Shown here piece after piece: positions 1 to 12,705 of a DNA stretch of 64,000 nt. Under the pieces are notes generated by a model, which saw only the letters and a program-made list of their open reading frames with translations, was not told the DNA's origin and did not search any database. Made by a program: the position numbers and the translations under genes. Numbering within the stretch: position 1 is the first letter of the stretch; each line of letters starts with the position of its first letter. This DNA is from Harriotta raleighana. Its lineage: Eukaryota. Location of the stretch: the NCBI GenBank assembly GCA_050575255.1, contig JBNZDD010013718.1, positions 2,163,670-2,227,669 on the forward strand, given 5' to 3'.

Positions 1-2547
1 AAGTGGAATTTCAGTCAGCAATGGCAAGGCAGAGATAACTATCCACAATCCTATCTTTGTACCTTTTATTTTCCTCGTTGCGATGTGGACCTTTTTAAAA
101 ATCTTGTCCCTGTCCGCCCACCACCCTCAGTTTGAAAATTACCTCCCTATTTCCAGGGAAAGAAAGGTCTGGACGGACCAATGTTTACCCATTGAATGTG
201 GCCTATGTGCCATTATTTTTGCTACAGTATGAAGTCTAAACGTGCTGTCAGAAACGATGCTGCAAATCAAACTGGGATACCAGTAACAGGGTCCTCCATG
301 AGAAAATTTATGTTAAAATTAGTAATAATAATCTTTACATTTGACTGAGCGCCTTTCATATTGGGCGAATGTCTCAAAAGAGCTGCAGGAATTACTGCAA
401 GGTGCAATCACTTGTGTTATTTTTGGTAGGCAACCTCCACCCCCCAAATAATTTCCTATTGTCCAAATCCCATATGAAGAATCTTCTACCTTGTTGTGGG
501 GACCTGAATTTGTGTGTGCGAGAGGGTAATTTTAGAATGCTTCTTATCCAGTAAATGGGCTTGGGGTTATTCGGGTCTACTTCTAATAGTCCAGATGAAA
601 GGCTGCTCTTTTGATCAGGGTTTGTTTGTGTTTGACTATAATTCTGCTGACATCACAAAGCACACACAGACCACCCAGCTTTTTGAAGTTTAGGGCACTT
701 CAATATTGGGCTCTTCCTGCCACAAGCATATCCTGCAGAGGGAACAGCTAAGTAAGTGTTTGCAATAGGAAGTTCCAACCCACAGGATGTACTTTCAGCA
801 GCGAGGCTTCAATTACATCAACACACCTGAAGAGGAAACCGATGTGGATGGACCCAGGAGTTGCAGTCACCGGTGGTAATGGTACAGCAACTCTGTAAGG
901 AGTTGGGCAACAGCCTCAAATTGACGAAATCAGAAAGTCACCTTTCAACACATCCATTATTACAATTATGACAGATCATTAAAAAAAAGCACTTAATATT
1001 TGTAAAGTAATTGAAAGCAGCTGCCTATAACTGATTCAATTAGCTCTGACTCTAGTCTGTGCCAGGGCTACACACATGCTTGACCTGGGTCAAAATCCCG
1101 ACCTCCACTATTTTTTTTCCTTGAAAACTTCCTACAATTTCCATAGGTTTGATGAGTACAATCCTTTGCTTTGCTTAAAATTACTTTATTTTCTTACATA
1201 ATTCCACATTTGGATTACTTTTCCAGGCTGGTAAATGCCATGAATTCATCCTTTACAATATTAAAAAATTTAAAAAGTACAGTTGACATGTATGATTTTT
1301 TTCTAATTATTTTCCTTTTTTATATATATATATTTTTTAAATTGGCTTAACGTTGGTATTCCACTGAGAAAAGGTGTTTCTGTAAACTACAAGCCAACCC
1401 AGACTTGATGTGAGATGGGATTAGTTTCAATTAAGCCCTTCTGTGAACACGGAAGTGAACAATTCTTTGATGAAATTGGTTTTATGCTTTATTTGGTGGT
1501 TAAAATAGATCACAAGTTCATATTTTAACAATGTTGTTTTTCATATTAATCATAATCCACTAGGATTCTGTAAATTGATCAAATGCACATATAGGATTAG
1601 ATAAATAGAGAAGGAATTGTAAGTTAGAATGTGCCAGGGGCCACAAATAGTGTAAATCCACAAATACTTAAATCGGCATTTCTTGAATGGCCAATCTATA
1701 ATCCCATATTCATCACCCATTAGGTCCTTTGGATCATTCAGAGAGACAAATAACTAGTACTTTACAATGCTTTACAACTCCCATGTCTTTGTGGTTTGAT
1801 TGAGGGGGTCAGAAAGTATCCAATAAGTTGATCATTAATATTAAACGGGAGGTTATTTTATGTAATCAATGCATTTCAGCCACATCTCAAATGGGGACAC
1901 TTGTTTTTGACTCGTTCTTAGGATGGCACAAAATCCCAGTGGTAGGCCTGCCAGTTCATTCCCCCACCCTACCACCCCCCCCACCACCCAAAAGTATCAT
2001 ATAGTTCGAGTGGGGTTCAGTGCTGTCTTGAGCAATGAGCATCACTGAAGTGGTGCTGTGTTTTCCGACTAAAAGGTAGCGATGAGATATTGCAGTGTTT
2101 TTTTTGTTTGTTGCAATGGACCCGAGCTCTCAACGTTTTAGTAATAAATCTAGTAGCAAAGTACCAGGCTTGGTCTTTGTTGGCAGCTACACAGGTTTGT
2201 CTGGGGGCTCCAGGGTACGAAAGATCTTCAGTGAGAAAGCCGAGTCCCACCTGTTTTGAGTGGCTTCACATTCTTACAGGTCAATCGCTAATTGTATAGA
2301 ATTTCATTGACGTTAACGAATGACAAAATCATTCAAAAATCATGTGTTAGGGTGTCATTTACGAAACTTGTCCTACGACAACAACAACTTGGTTTATATA
2401 GCACCTTCCACGCTGTGCGGCATCTCAGAGCGCCTGACAATGGCAGAGCCCGAGGCCGAGCCAGGGGGAAGGGGAAGGTGATTGGAGGTGTGGTCGGAAG
2501 GTCCTAAAGGGGCCTGAAGAAAGTTAACTTAGATGAAGACTACAACT

Positions 2548-2700
2548 AATAATAATCCTTGCATTTGATAAAGCACCTTATCGCATCTTTTAGAAGTCTC
2601 AAACCATTTCACAGAATATACTGTCAAGCAAATTGCCTATATTTTTGTGGCCGAAACGCAGTGGCCCATTGTGTTGCAGCAGTGTCCCATGGCAGGGGAT
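2548..2700 (-). mobile_element. SINE 3' fragment of the same family
   Basis: AATAATCCTTGCATTTGATAAAGCACC...CACAGAATATACTG...GCAGTGTCCCA. Further approximate tail fragments: 325-430(-), 5385-5445(+), 5890-5960(+), 8740-8870(+), 9190-9320(+), 9835-9945(+), 11995-12085(+), 13160-13265(+), 29005-29135(+), 34850-35030(+), 37285-37432(+), 57015-57185(-), 57340-57427(+), 57770-57890(-), 61405-61570(-), 63940-64000(+). Confidence 0.75.
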
Positions 2701-5700
2701 TCAAAGAGAGTTGACTTGTTTTGATGGTGGGGAGTGAGAAGCAATCTTAATATTTTGAATGTGTTAACGGTTGCCCTCTTCTGCCCGCACCTCAACAACA
2801 CCAGGTGTAACAGTCCTACCCCATCATTTTGATGATCTCTCTTCCATTAGGGTATCTTGTTTCTCTGTATCCTCATCTCAAGTTAAGTATTTGTTTTCTT
2901 CAGTAAAATTGAGAATCGTTAGTATACATTATCTTCACTCACTTATACACAATCTTCAATGATGAGAGCAAACACGACCTCACTGATCACATTGCATGTA
3001 TTTGACATTTGCCATCTTGGTAATTAAATTGTTAACCAATATTCTCCCACAGTCTCAGTAATAAATGCACCGTATATTTTTATCTGATATGGATGTGTTT
3101 GGGTTGGTGGAAGGGAAGATTACCTTGACCCATAAGGAGGAAGTTGATCAGCGTTCTTGCCCTCCTTGATATCCAGTGGTCTCTGCTGGAAGATTATTAG
3201 TGATTATTTTGTGCGTTTGATGCCTTTTATGTCAAATTGCAGTCACTCGTTTTTGTACATTTTGCAGATAAAGACTTTTGCTTGTATAAATTTGTTTCCT
3301 GCAGTGAGTTTTGGTTTCTCCAGAGATTTCCTGGACCTGGGGTGAGCTCATTGACGCTTGCCCATAAAAGGGACAGAAAATCAGTTTCTGGCTGATTTGC
3401 ATACCCGCTGTGTTGTTCAGCTGTTAATGTGCAAATTCAGAATGTTTGTTGTGAAAGTGGAGGAAGTATCTCATTTCTCCCTGAAATCCTCGTATTGATT
3501 TCTGTTCCATCCGCTTTATCCAAACATCTGCTCTTCTGTAGCATGTGAATAAAGCCTATAAATAAATGTGCAGAGTGACCCACACCACGTGCCTCTCACA
3601 GCGGCAGTGTAAAATGCTGTTGCATATGGGCGACCTTAACTGAATGTAAATTGGATTAGTAGTGGCCAGCTCTGGGCTTTCATCTCACAGGAAGCTAATT
3701 GTGTTATACTAAGAGAATCTGACAAGCCACTTTTGTAACTCAGGCAAAAGGCTGTCAGTAGCATTGTGCTAAAACAAAAGCAGATTGCATTTTACATTCG
3801 GAATAAGATCAGGGGCATTAGTAACTCACAAGAAAGTGTGAAAACCTGTTTGAGCTATAGAGCGCTCCCTACATTTCCTTAGAATTCATTTATTTAAAAA
3901 ATACTTTTAACGTGGACTTAAAAATGCAAAAATTTGATACCAGACCGTAATGTTTTTTTTCTCTTGTTTTAAACTTTGCCTCAGTTACTAGAATGCTAGT
4001 GAAATGCTGTGATGTACTTCAAGCTTTAGAGAAAGCAAGTGATTCATTAATTCTCCCTTCCCCCTGTTTTTTTAAAAGAAAAATGTATTCATTAATTTGT
4101 CAGATTTACCCAGAGTCAAAACTATCAATGCAGCAAATAGATTTGAGGGGTTAAAGGGAGGGTGGGGGGAACTGATTTGCATTTTAGCACAACTTGATGA
4201 GTTTTACATGTGCTTTAATTCCTCAATTTACTACAAAATGTTTTAAGTAACACAATGTGTTGAATCTGTTCGAGCTTAAAGGGTCACACCAGCTTTTAGT
4301 TAAATAAGATAATTTGTGAGATTACATTTTCCTTGCTTGACTGGTATAATAAATGCAATTAAACCATATAAAATGCAAGGATTATTATTATATATGTGAT
4401 GACCAAAAGCGTATAGTACAAGCTACCCTCTTAACTGTAATACAGATGGTGTCTCCTGTTACTATTGAGGCTGGTGGGGTGGGCATTTTAATTTCCATTG
4501 GTAAATTGTGCTGGATCTTTCAGAATGATTGATCTCTGACATTTATTGGCCCCCCCTATGGGCTGGTTGATTATTAATTGATTGCAATCTGTATTTTTAC
4601 CCATTGATTAGGCTTTGGGTTTCTTTAATCTTTCAAGGTTTCCATTGATGTGCGAACGCCCGTCTTTGTTTATGACACCAGAGTTTAGATTTAATTCCTT
4701 TTTACATATTGATGAGTCGCAAGTTTCAGGCGCCGTGAAATATTTATAAGCCGTAATGATCTGCTGATTGCTGGTGTGAAGGCTGCCGGAGTTTTTCTGG
4801 GCTGAATGAGTAAATGAGGCACTTTATCTTGGGAAAGTTTTTTTGTCACCTGCAACTGTGCAATCCTGAAAGACTCTGGAGTTCCTTTCAGATCCTGGAG
4901 TGTGAGAAATGACTTCGCTCACCAGGTTCCTTTCAATTACTGCTGGCAAAACATCTGTGAGATGATGACTGCAATCAGTGAAAAATAGATGATTTTTCAC
5001 ATTGCTGCAAGTCCCATCCAGTTGATACACAAGCTATCTGCCAACCAATTTCTACACCAATGCCCAAATAGCAAGAATTTTCTGTTTAATTTCCTACTTT
5101 TGTTTTCATTGTAAAATGCTGAAAGTTTCACAATGTTTGCCTGACTTGTAGGAAAACATTTAAAAAAATGTAAATGTGGGACCTTTTTGTCATCTGAAGT
5201 CGAGGCAAATTCCTATTTCTTCATCTGATAGAAACTGATCTACGATTATTGAACGCTCTATTGAAAAATATTTGGTTGTAATATAAATAAAATGCTACGG
5301 TTAAAATGGAATGTAAGTTGTTTCATTTGTTGAGCACAAGGTGACTGACATTTGGATTTGAATCTAGTTTGAATATATAACCTCAGCGCCTTGGGGCGTA
5401 CTTCTGACGTGAAAAGCGCTCTATAAATATAATTTTGTTGTTGTTAGCAACATTTATCCAGTGGTGCTGCCTGCCTATGTAGTCACAGTATGTGTCCTTG
5501 TAGTCCATGCTCATATGCGCAATATAAATTCAGAGATGGGTCTTTGTCACTGTGCGCAGAGTTTAAAGCTGTCGAGAAAATTCACGTACTTGTGGAAGTT
5601 ATCTCTTATCTATTACAAATTAATCTCTGAAAAGCTGTTACTGTTTCACTTAGACGAAAGTGTAAGAATAGTTTGAACATTATGGCTGTTGAGACTGTTT

Positions 5701-5982
5701 GGATTGTTGCTTCTTGCGTTCGCTATTTGAAGGTTGAAAGGCAACTTCAGAAACTTCAGAAGTACTAATTGCTTCCGTGAGTTGCTTTCGACTTTTTCCT
5801 ATATAGCCTGCTCTATTTTGGTTTTTAAACTCACTTCCACTTCGCAGCTTTACAGCCCAGCTCCTGGCTCTTCAATGTGTCTTTAACTTTGCCTTAGGAC
5901 GTCCTTTCGACGTGAAAGGCGCTATACTAATGTATTTTTGTTGCTGTTGTTGTTGTTGTTCACTCTAGCCATTTCATTCTAG

Positions 5983-6127
5983 GTATGACTCCATTTGAGC
6001 TGCAACCAACCAATACAGTGGCCAGCAAAGGGGAGGTAGCACGATTTGTTTGCAAGATACAAGCCAATCCTCCGCCCATCATAACCTGGGAATTCAACCG
6101 GACAACACTTCCGATGGTGACGGACAG
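5983..6127 (+). CDS. PRTG: Protogenin coding exon (mammalian exon 3 equivalent), Ig domain 2 N-half
   Basis: AG at 5981-5982, GT at 6128. Encodes MTPFELQPTNTVASKGEVARFVCKIQANPPPIITWEFNRTTLPMVTDR, matching PRTG ...GVARFACKI...ITWEFNRTTLPMTMDR. Upstream exons lie outside the window. Confidence 0.93.
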
Positions 6128-6223
6128 GTATGATGGTCTGTCTTATTTAGTGTCACCAAAGGAATACTTTGGAGTTCTGCACCAAAATACAACGACGGAC
6201 ACTATATATGAATCGTAATGTAA

Positions 6224-6508
<285 letters not shown>

Positions 6509-6968
6509 TGAAACCCATTTGTTGGAACATTTTTAAGAAAGTTATTCATTTGCCAATACCGTCTATAGTTTGTTTGTGGTGCGAAACCTGAGGGGCCGAT
6601 CTCTGATGAAATGATCAGACGATGCCTTTTTTTTGGGGGGGGAAGCTGATCAACAAGCGACAGACAAGCCAGGTGTTCTCTATCAAATTGCGGCTCACAG
6701 TTGCTGAGATTTATTCGGGAAGTTTCTAAACTCCCCAAACCTATTCCTGTAACCGGCAAAACAACCGTGCACCGACACACGGCGTTTCACCAAAGTTCTT
6801 TGGGAAAGAGAAGGCTATTTTAAAAAAAATGTTGCTCGGAGGCCTGGCAAACTCGCAATGAGAATGTGTCTGGGAGGGATACCTCTAGAGATATGAAATT
6901 CTACTTTTGAGTATTAAATGAGGCTAAGCAGATTTCTCCCGCTTGCTACCAATTTCCATGCCACTGCG

Positions 6969-7796
6969 TTACTTTAAATCAAATGCATCTGTGAATATTC
7001 ACACAGTTGATCGCTCCAGTTAATTGTGTGGATATTTTTGTAAAAGAATCTCTTGCCGTTGCCTAGAATGGAAACCTACATCACAGTTCGCGACCTGCCT
7101 CCTGACATTACAGAAACTCTCACTGTGATAGGATGTGCCTGGTGGCATCAAGGGAATGGAACATTCAGGTTCTAAAGTCTAAATATGTACCTTTGGCCCC
7201 CTTTTAGTATTACTTCCTTTTATTATTAAAAGGAAATCCTTTAACCAAGTCGGTATTCCAATTTCCCCCGTTTCCTCCCTTCAGATGGGGCATAAATAAA
7301 TAAATAAGTATTAACCCTTACATTCGAGATTTACTATGAAATAGAGTGACTGTGGATTTTCTAGGCAAAGTGTTTGCAAACAGCCGTGGTGTGAGTGATC
7401 CGTTTTATCCAGGGGGAATTGTTGGCCAGGACACCTGGAGAAACTCGCGTTTCTTTCCAAATAGTGCTTTGGAGGCTTTTAAAGTCCCACCTCAACAGGC
7501 AGACGGGTTCTCAATTTTAAATGTCTCACCTGAAAGATGACACTTCCAACAATGTAGCACTCACACCCCCACAGCACTGCGGATTAAAGTCCCGATGTTG
7601 GGCTTGAACCCATAACCTGCTGTTCCAGGCGAGCATGCTCCCAACTTAATCAAGACTGACGCCCAAGTGTATCTAATATTTGTTTAGCATATTGCATGAG
7701 GTGTATGCATTACTTTAAATCAAATGCATCTGTGAATATTCACACAGTTGATTGCTCCAGTTAATTGTGTGGATATTTTTGTAAAAGAATCTCTTG
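6969..7796 (+). repeat. 87-bp direct duplication (6969-7055 and 7710-7796)
   Basis: One mismatch (gatcgct versus gattgct); no N between the copies. Confidence 0.9.
7345..7660 (-). mobile_element. Older DeuSINE (SacSINE1/AmnSINE1-like Deu domain)
   Basis: GTTGGCCAGGACACC...AACTC...AATAGTG...CCACCT...GCAGACGGG...GTCTCACCTGAAAGATGACAC...TTGAACCC. Related pieces at ~38920-39100(-) and ~55850-56190(+). Confidence 0.75.
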
Positions 7797-7814
7797 GAAT
7801 GTTCTGTTTGTTAA

Positions 7815-8027
<213 letters not shown>

Positions 8028-8108
8028 TGAAGTAGCAAATGAATTGAGACTGGTTACGATGGAAAGCCATCTACTAATCCCTGCTCTTGCTTTTTTATTT
8101 CCAAACAG

Positions 8109-8267
8109 ACCACAAGTCCATTGACGTCTTTAACACTCGAGTTCTGGGCAATGGAAATCTGATGATATCGGATGTGAAGGTGCAGCATGCTGGAGTATAC
8201 GTGTGTCGGGCAACCACCCCAGGGACACGTAACTACACCGTAGCCACTGCACTGCTCACTGTGTTAG
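8109..8267 (+). CDS. PRTG: Protogenin exon 6 equivalent, Ig3 C-half
   Basis: acAG/GTaaga; [53 protein letters not shown], nearly identical to the PRTG motif. Confidence 0.97.
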
Positions 8268-8284
8268 GTAAGATAACTTGTCTA

Positions 8285-8490
8285 AGTCCCCCGACCTTCC
8301 TTCAGCCTTCAGCTACTCTAACCCTGACCTCTGGAATTCCAACTTGCAGACCTCCGCCGCTCCCCCTCCCTAGGCTCCTTCAAGTTCGGTTTGAAGACCC
8401 TCCTCATAGATGGTCCCATTGGTCACCCCAAATCCTCCACCCTCTCCGATCTCAATCCCAGCCCAGGTCTGAAACATTGACTGTTGTTGT
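8285..8490 (+). mobile_element. L2-type LINE 3' relic
   Basis: GCCTTCAGCTAC...CTCTGGAATTCC...TCCTTCAAG...TTGAAGACCC...GGTCACCC (AFS...LWNS...SFK..LKT). Similar relics at ~29230-29390, ~35040-35190, ~35600-35835 (+) and ~49560-49805 (-). Confidence 0.6.
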
Positions 8491-8926
8491 TGTAAGTCAT
8501 CGGACCTGCCCGGAGCCTGACATGCATTCAAAATTCCAACATTTTAATGGAAGATAATTTGCCATTGAAATGTTTTGGAAGCTTTTGGTGGTACAATTTT
8601 ACATAGAAGTTCTACAATGAAAAGCATACTACTGTATATATAATCTCCTTCAAAGTAAAAAGAAATGGTTAACACTACAGACGGGCTGGATAAATGTTGT
8701 TTCTGATGTTAGCTGGGGTTCATATCCTTATTCGTAGGAATAATTGGGAGCGATATGTTTTGCCTGCAAAATATACAGTCAATTCACTTTATTGTGAAGC
8801 ACTTTTGAGACACCTCAAAGACTTGATACATCGCTGTATTAAATGCAAGGATTATTTAACTATTATTAGTAAGCCGAACTGACCTGTGGCCCAAGTCTTA
8901 ACCCAAGACGTTTCCTCATGTTTCAG

Positions 8927-9089
8927 CTCCTCCAGCTTTTGTTGAGTGGCCCGAGAGCCTGACCAGACCACGGGCCGGCACAGCCAGGTTTATGTGCCAG
9001 GCAGAGGGTATTCCTACACCGAAAATCAGCTGGTTGAAGAACGGAGAAAAGATTCATTCCAATGGACGCATCAAAGTCCAATACAGCAG
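8927..9089 (+). CDS. PRTG: Protogenin exon 7 equivalent, Ig4 N-half
   Basis: tttcAG/GTacag; manual translation [55 protein letters not shown] (not in ORF track). Confidence 0.96.
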
Positions 9090-9434
9090 GTACAGATTGT
9101 TCTGTAAAAGTCTTCTCTTGTAAAATCTCCCCCCATTGACTTCGGATCTAAAGGTGTTTTAGGCAAAGATCTATCTTGGAGAAACTACCTTGTTTGTGGG
9201 ACGCTGCAATTGGCCGCCACGTTTCACTCACAAGTATACAGTCGATTAACTTTCCAATATATTCTGTGAAGTGTTTTGAGACGTCTGGGAGACTTGTAAT
9301 CATATCAAATGTAATTATTATTGCTAAAAAAAACAACAGATCCCCTAGAGAGTATGATAAATTCTGGACTTGAAAACTCGGGTTGTTGAGCAAAAAAAAA
9401 TTTGTGTCAATTTATTTTAATGATTATTTTTCAG

Positions 9435-9682
9435 CAAATTGGTGATCAATCAAATCATTCCCGAAGATGATGCCATTTATCAGTGCTTGGCCGAGAACCC
9501 ACAGGGCTCCGTCCTTTCGGTGGCCAGACTGATCGTCATCATGTCCGAGGACAGGCCCAGCGCACCGCGGAATATCCGGGCAGAGACCGTCTCCAGTTCG
9601 GGGATTCTTCTGTCCTGGGAACGGCCCATGTACAACTCGGAGAAAGTGATTGCGTACTCGGTGCATTACATGAAGGCAGAAG
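9435..9682 (+). CDS. PRTG: Protogenin exon 8 equivalent, Ig4 end and FN3-1 start
   Basis: tttcAG/GTgagt; [46 protein letters not shown]...YSVHYMKAE. Confidence 0.97.
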
Positions 9683-11049
9683 GTGAGTGTTGCCATTCAT
9701 TGATCCACTCTGGGCACGTACGTGCTCATGATAAACCTGTGTTCTGGTTCAGACAGTTGACCACGTCAAAAATATATACAGTTTATTGTATGCGGAGCCA
9801 GGCAACAAGGAAAGGGTTAATGTATCAGATGCAGCAATTGGCTGCTGCCTTTCGCCCAGAAGATATACAGTCAATCCACTGTACGGGATATTCTGTGAAG
9901 CGATTTGAGGCGCCTCAAAGAATCTCACAGCAAATGCAAGGGTTTTTTTTGATATCGTTATGTATAAAGTGAATTTTGTCCAGAAATTTGAAGGCGGTAT
10001 TCAGAATTTTCTTTACTGAACTGCTGCCTGAAGCTCGTTATAAAGCTAATCTGCAAGGCATCATCCTCTTTTGCTTTTTTTTTGTTGTTTGGGGCTTCAC
10101 AGTTCTCAGAGCCTAATTGGAATGTGAGAAGTTTGCCATCTGTTGTTAATATTCTGTTGTGGGCAGAGGTCACAAAGAGAGAATAGCCTGTCTAATGAAA
10201 TGGGAATAGCAGCCTTCTCTGTACAAACAATGCGATCTGCTGAGATGATTAAAATTGGGTAGAAGGTTTACCTTCTCAAGGGAAAGGTGTTTATTATGAG
10301 TTCATAGAGCGGGAGAGTATAGAAATGCATGAAGGTGCAATTGAAGTGTGTTCAGGCACCAGCACTGATTTTCTGAAGGCTTTAAAGTGTTGGCTGCGGA
10401 GCATAGATTGCAGTCGAGCAGTCGCTTTGTATTCCATTATAGTTATTTCATTAAGTCTCAGCGTGAGTTCTGCTGGAGTATTCAGCAGGGTAACAAGACT
10501 CTTTAATTTTCCTTCAAGGATTTTGTTTACTAGGTCAGAAATCAGGACTTTTTCAATTCATTATTAATCAGCAATTACTGCTCATGTATGGGGCCCTTGA
10601 GTTGTGCAAATTAAGCTGCTATCAAGCTCATTCATGAATGTGGGAAAAAAGTAATTGGTGAATTATTTTTTTTCTTTGCTTGTTGCTTTATTCAAAATTC
10701 AGATCTTTTGCGAGACAGAGAAAAGTACGGGCTAAGGTTAGTCTAGGAGGGTCAAGTTTTGACACAAATTATGACTTCAGTATTTTTCTCTCCCTCTCTC
10801 TTCCCCCTCCCCCCACCCACCACCAATGTTTAAGTGAAGGAAAAAGATTCTCTGCTTTAAAATGCATTTTTTTAAAACTTACAAAGTCTGAATTCCCAAA
10901 CCATTTAAGCCACTACAAGGGTTATTTTGACCGCTCTCTTGGTTTCTTTTCTACCACTTATCGCCCGCTGAAGAACTGTAGCCTGAACGGGCTGCCCATG
11001 TTAATTATCCTAGGCTTGCCAATTGATGCAAGATTTTTCTTTTCTCCAG

Positions 11050-11214
11050 GTTTAAATAATGAGGAATATCAAGTGGTCATTGGGAATGACACAACTCGTT
11101 ACATTATTGATGATTTAGAACCGGCCAGCAATTATACCTTTTACATTGTAGCGTACATGCCCATGGGAGCCAGTCGCATGTCGGAACATGTCACTCAACA
11201 CACTCTGGAAGATG
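11050..11214 (+). CDS. PRTG: Protogenin exon 9 equivalent, FN3-1 C-half
   Basis: ctccAG/GTgaat; [55 protein letters not shown]. Confidence 0.97.
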
Positions 11215-11457
11215 GTGAATATAGTTTTGTTTTGAATTTTTTCTTCCTTTTAAAAATAAACCGCTCTGACAGTCAANCAATTATACCTTTTACATTGTAG
11301 CGTACATGCCCATGGGAGCCAGTCGCATGTCGGAACATGTCACTCAACACACTCTGGAAGATGGTGAATATAGTTTTGTTTTGAATTTTTTCTTCCTTTT
11401 AAAAATAAACCACTCTGACAGTCAACATATTTCAGACGTCGTCTTTTCTGCAGCAAT

Positions 11458-11595
11458 NNNNNNNNNNNNNNNNNNNNNNNNNNNNNNNNNNNNNNNNNNN
11501 NNNNNNNNNNNNNNNNNNNNNNNNNNNNNNNNNNNNNNNNNNNNNNNNNNNNNNNNNNNNNNNNNNNNNNNNNNNNNNNNNNNNNNNNNNNNNNN
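11458..11595. other. Assembly gap (N run)
   Basis: Run of N in PRTG intron 9. Confidence 1.
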
Positions 11596-12399
11596 AAAAA
11601 AAAAGTGAGAAACTTACTACTGAATGGCTTGAGAAACTACGATTTGTTCACTTATATATATATATATATTTACATATGTATATATGTATGTATAAAAAAA
11701 GAAAATCGGGAATTCTGTAATAGAGGAAAGTTTCCTTGCTCTATCACCAATGTCCTTGCTCACTTGCTCTATCTTTAATGTGCCAGTTTGCCTTGAATCA
11801 ATATTCTTTTTTCTCTCTCTCTTCTACTCTAGATTGCAGTTCCCCCGTTATATTTATGGAGCATGGGGAGCCATTACCCCGTCTATGAATTGTGCCACCC
11901 TTTGTGCATGCCCTTGTTTTCTATTTAATATCCCCCTCCCTCCCCGTCGGCTGATATAATCTGATGCATATCATTTAGTTATCCATCAATGAGTGACTAC
12001 AAATGCCAGTCACTTTACAGTGTAAACAGTAAAATGCTTTGAGACGTCCTTCTGACTTATGCAGATGTTGTTGTTGTTGTTGTTTTTACATCAGGTAGTG
12101 ACTTCAACCACTTAAACCAATAGTTAAAACAAAATAAAGTAGATTTAGTTATTTCTGTGGTTGTGATTGTTTCTTTGAATCATAGTCTTACCTTGCTCTA
12201 TTCGCACTTGATGATGATAAAATTCATTATTATAATCACGCAGCAGCAGCAACAACAACAAGTTACATTTTTATACCTCCCTTCAAGCCAGCCGGTGTCC
12301 TGGAACGCTTGAAATCCAGCTGTTGTAGTGTATGGATTAATTCAGGATAATTTTGTTGAAGATATTCCTGTTGCCTAATTGCCCTTTTCTCTCACACAG

Positions 12400-12705
12400 T
12401 CCCCCTGAGGGTGCCAGAGATCAGCCTGACCAGCCGCAGTCCTACCGACCTCCTAATCTCTTGGCTCCCAATTCCCACCAAGTTCAGGCGAGGGCGTATT
12501 GTTGCCTATCGGGTTTACTACCGTAAGAGCACGGAGAGCGACGTCCATTTCCTGGAGCTCCCTGGGAACACTCTCGAGCATCTACTTGAAAGTGTCGATC
12601 CCGACAGCATTTACCTCGTACGGATCTCTGCGGCAACGAGTGTGGGATGGGGAGATTCTTCAGTCTGGACATCTCACAGGACCCCAAAGTCCACCAGTGT
12701 CGAAG
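12400..12705 (+). CDS. PRTG: Protogenin exon 10 equivalent, FN3-2
   Basis: cacAG/GTgatt; [26 protein letters not shown]...[16 protein letters not shown]. Confidence 0.96.

Noticed and set aside
11278-11425. Apparent tandem duplication of the 3' part of PRTG exon 9 (ORF 11306-11608)
   Set aside because: It is a copy of 11129-11276 joined by a single N at 11277, with one SNP and no splice acceptor: an unmerged allelic contig overlap, not exon duplication.
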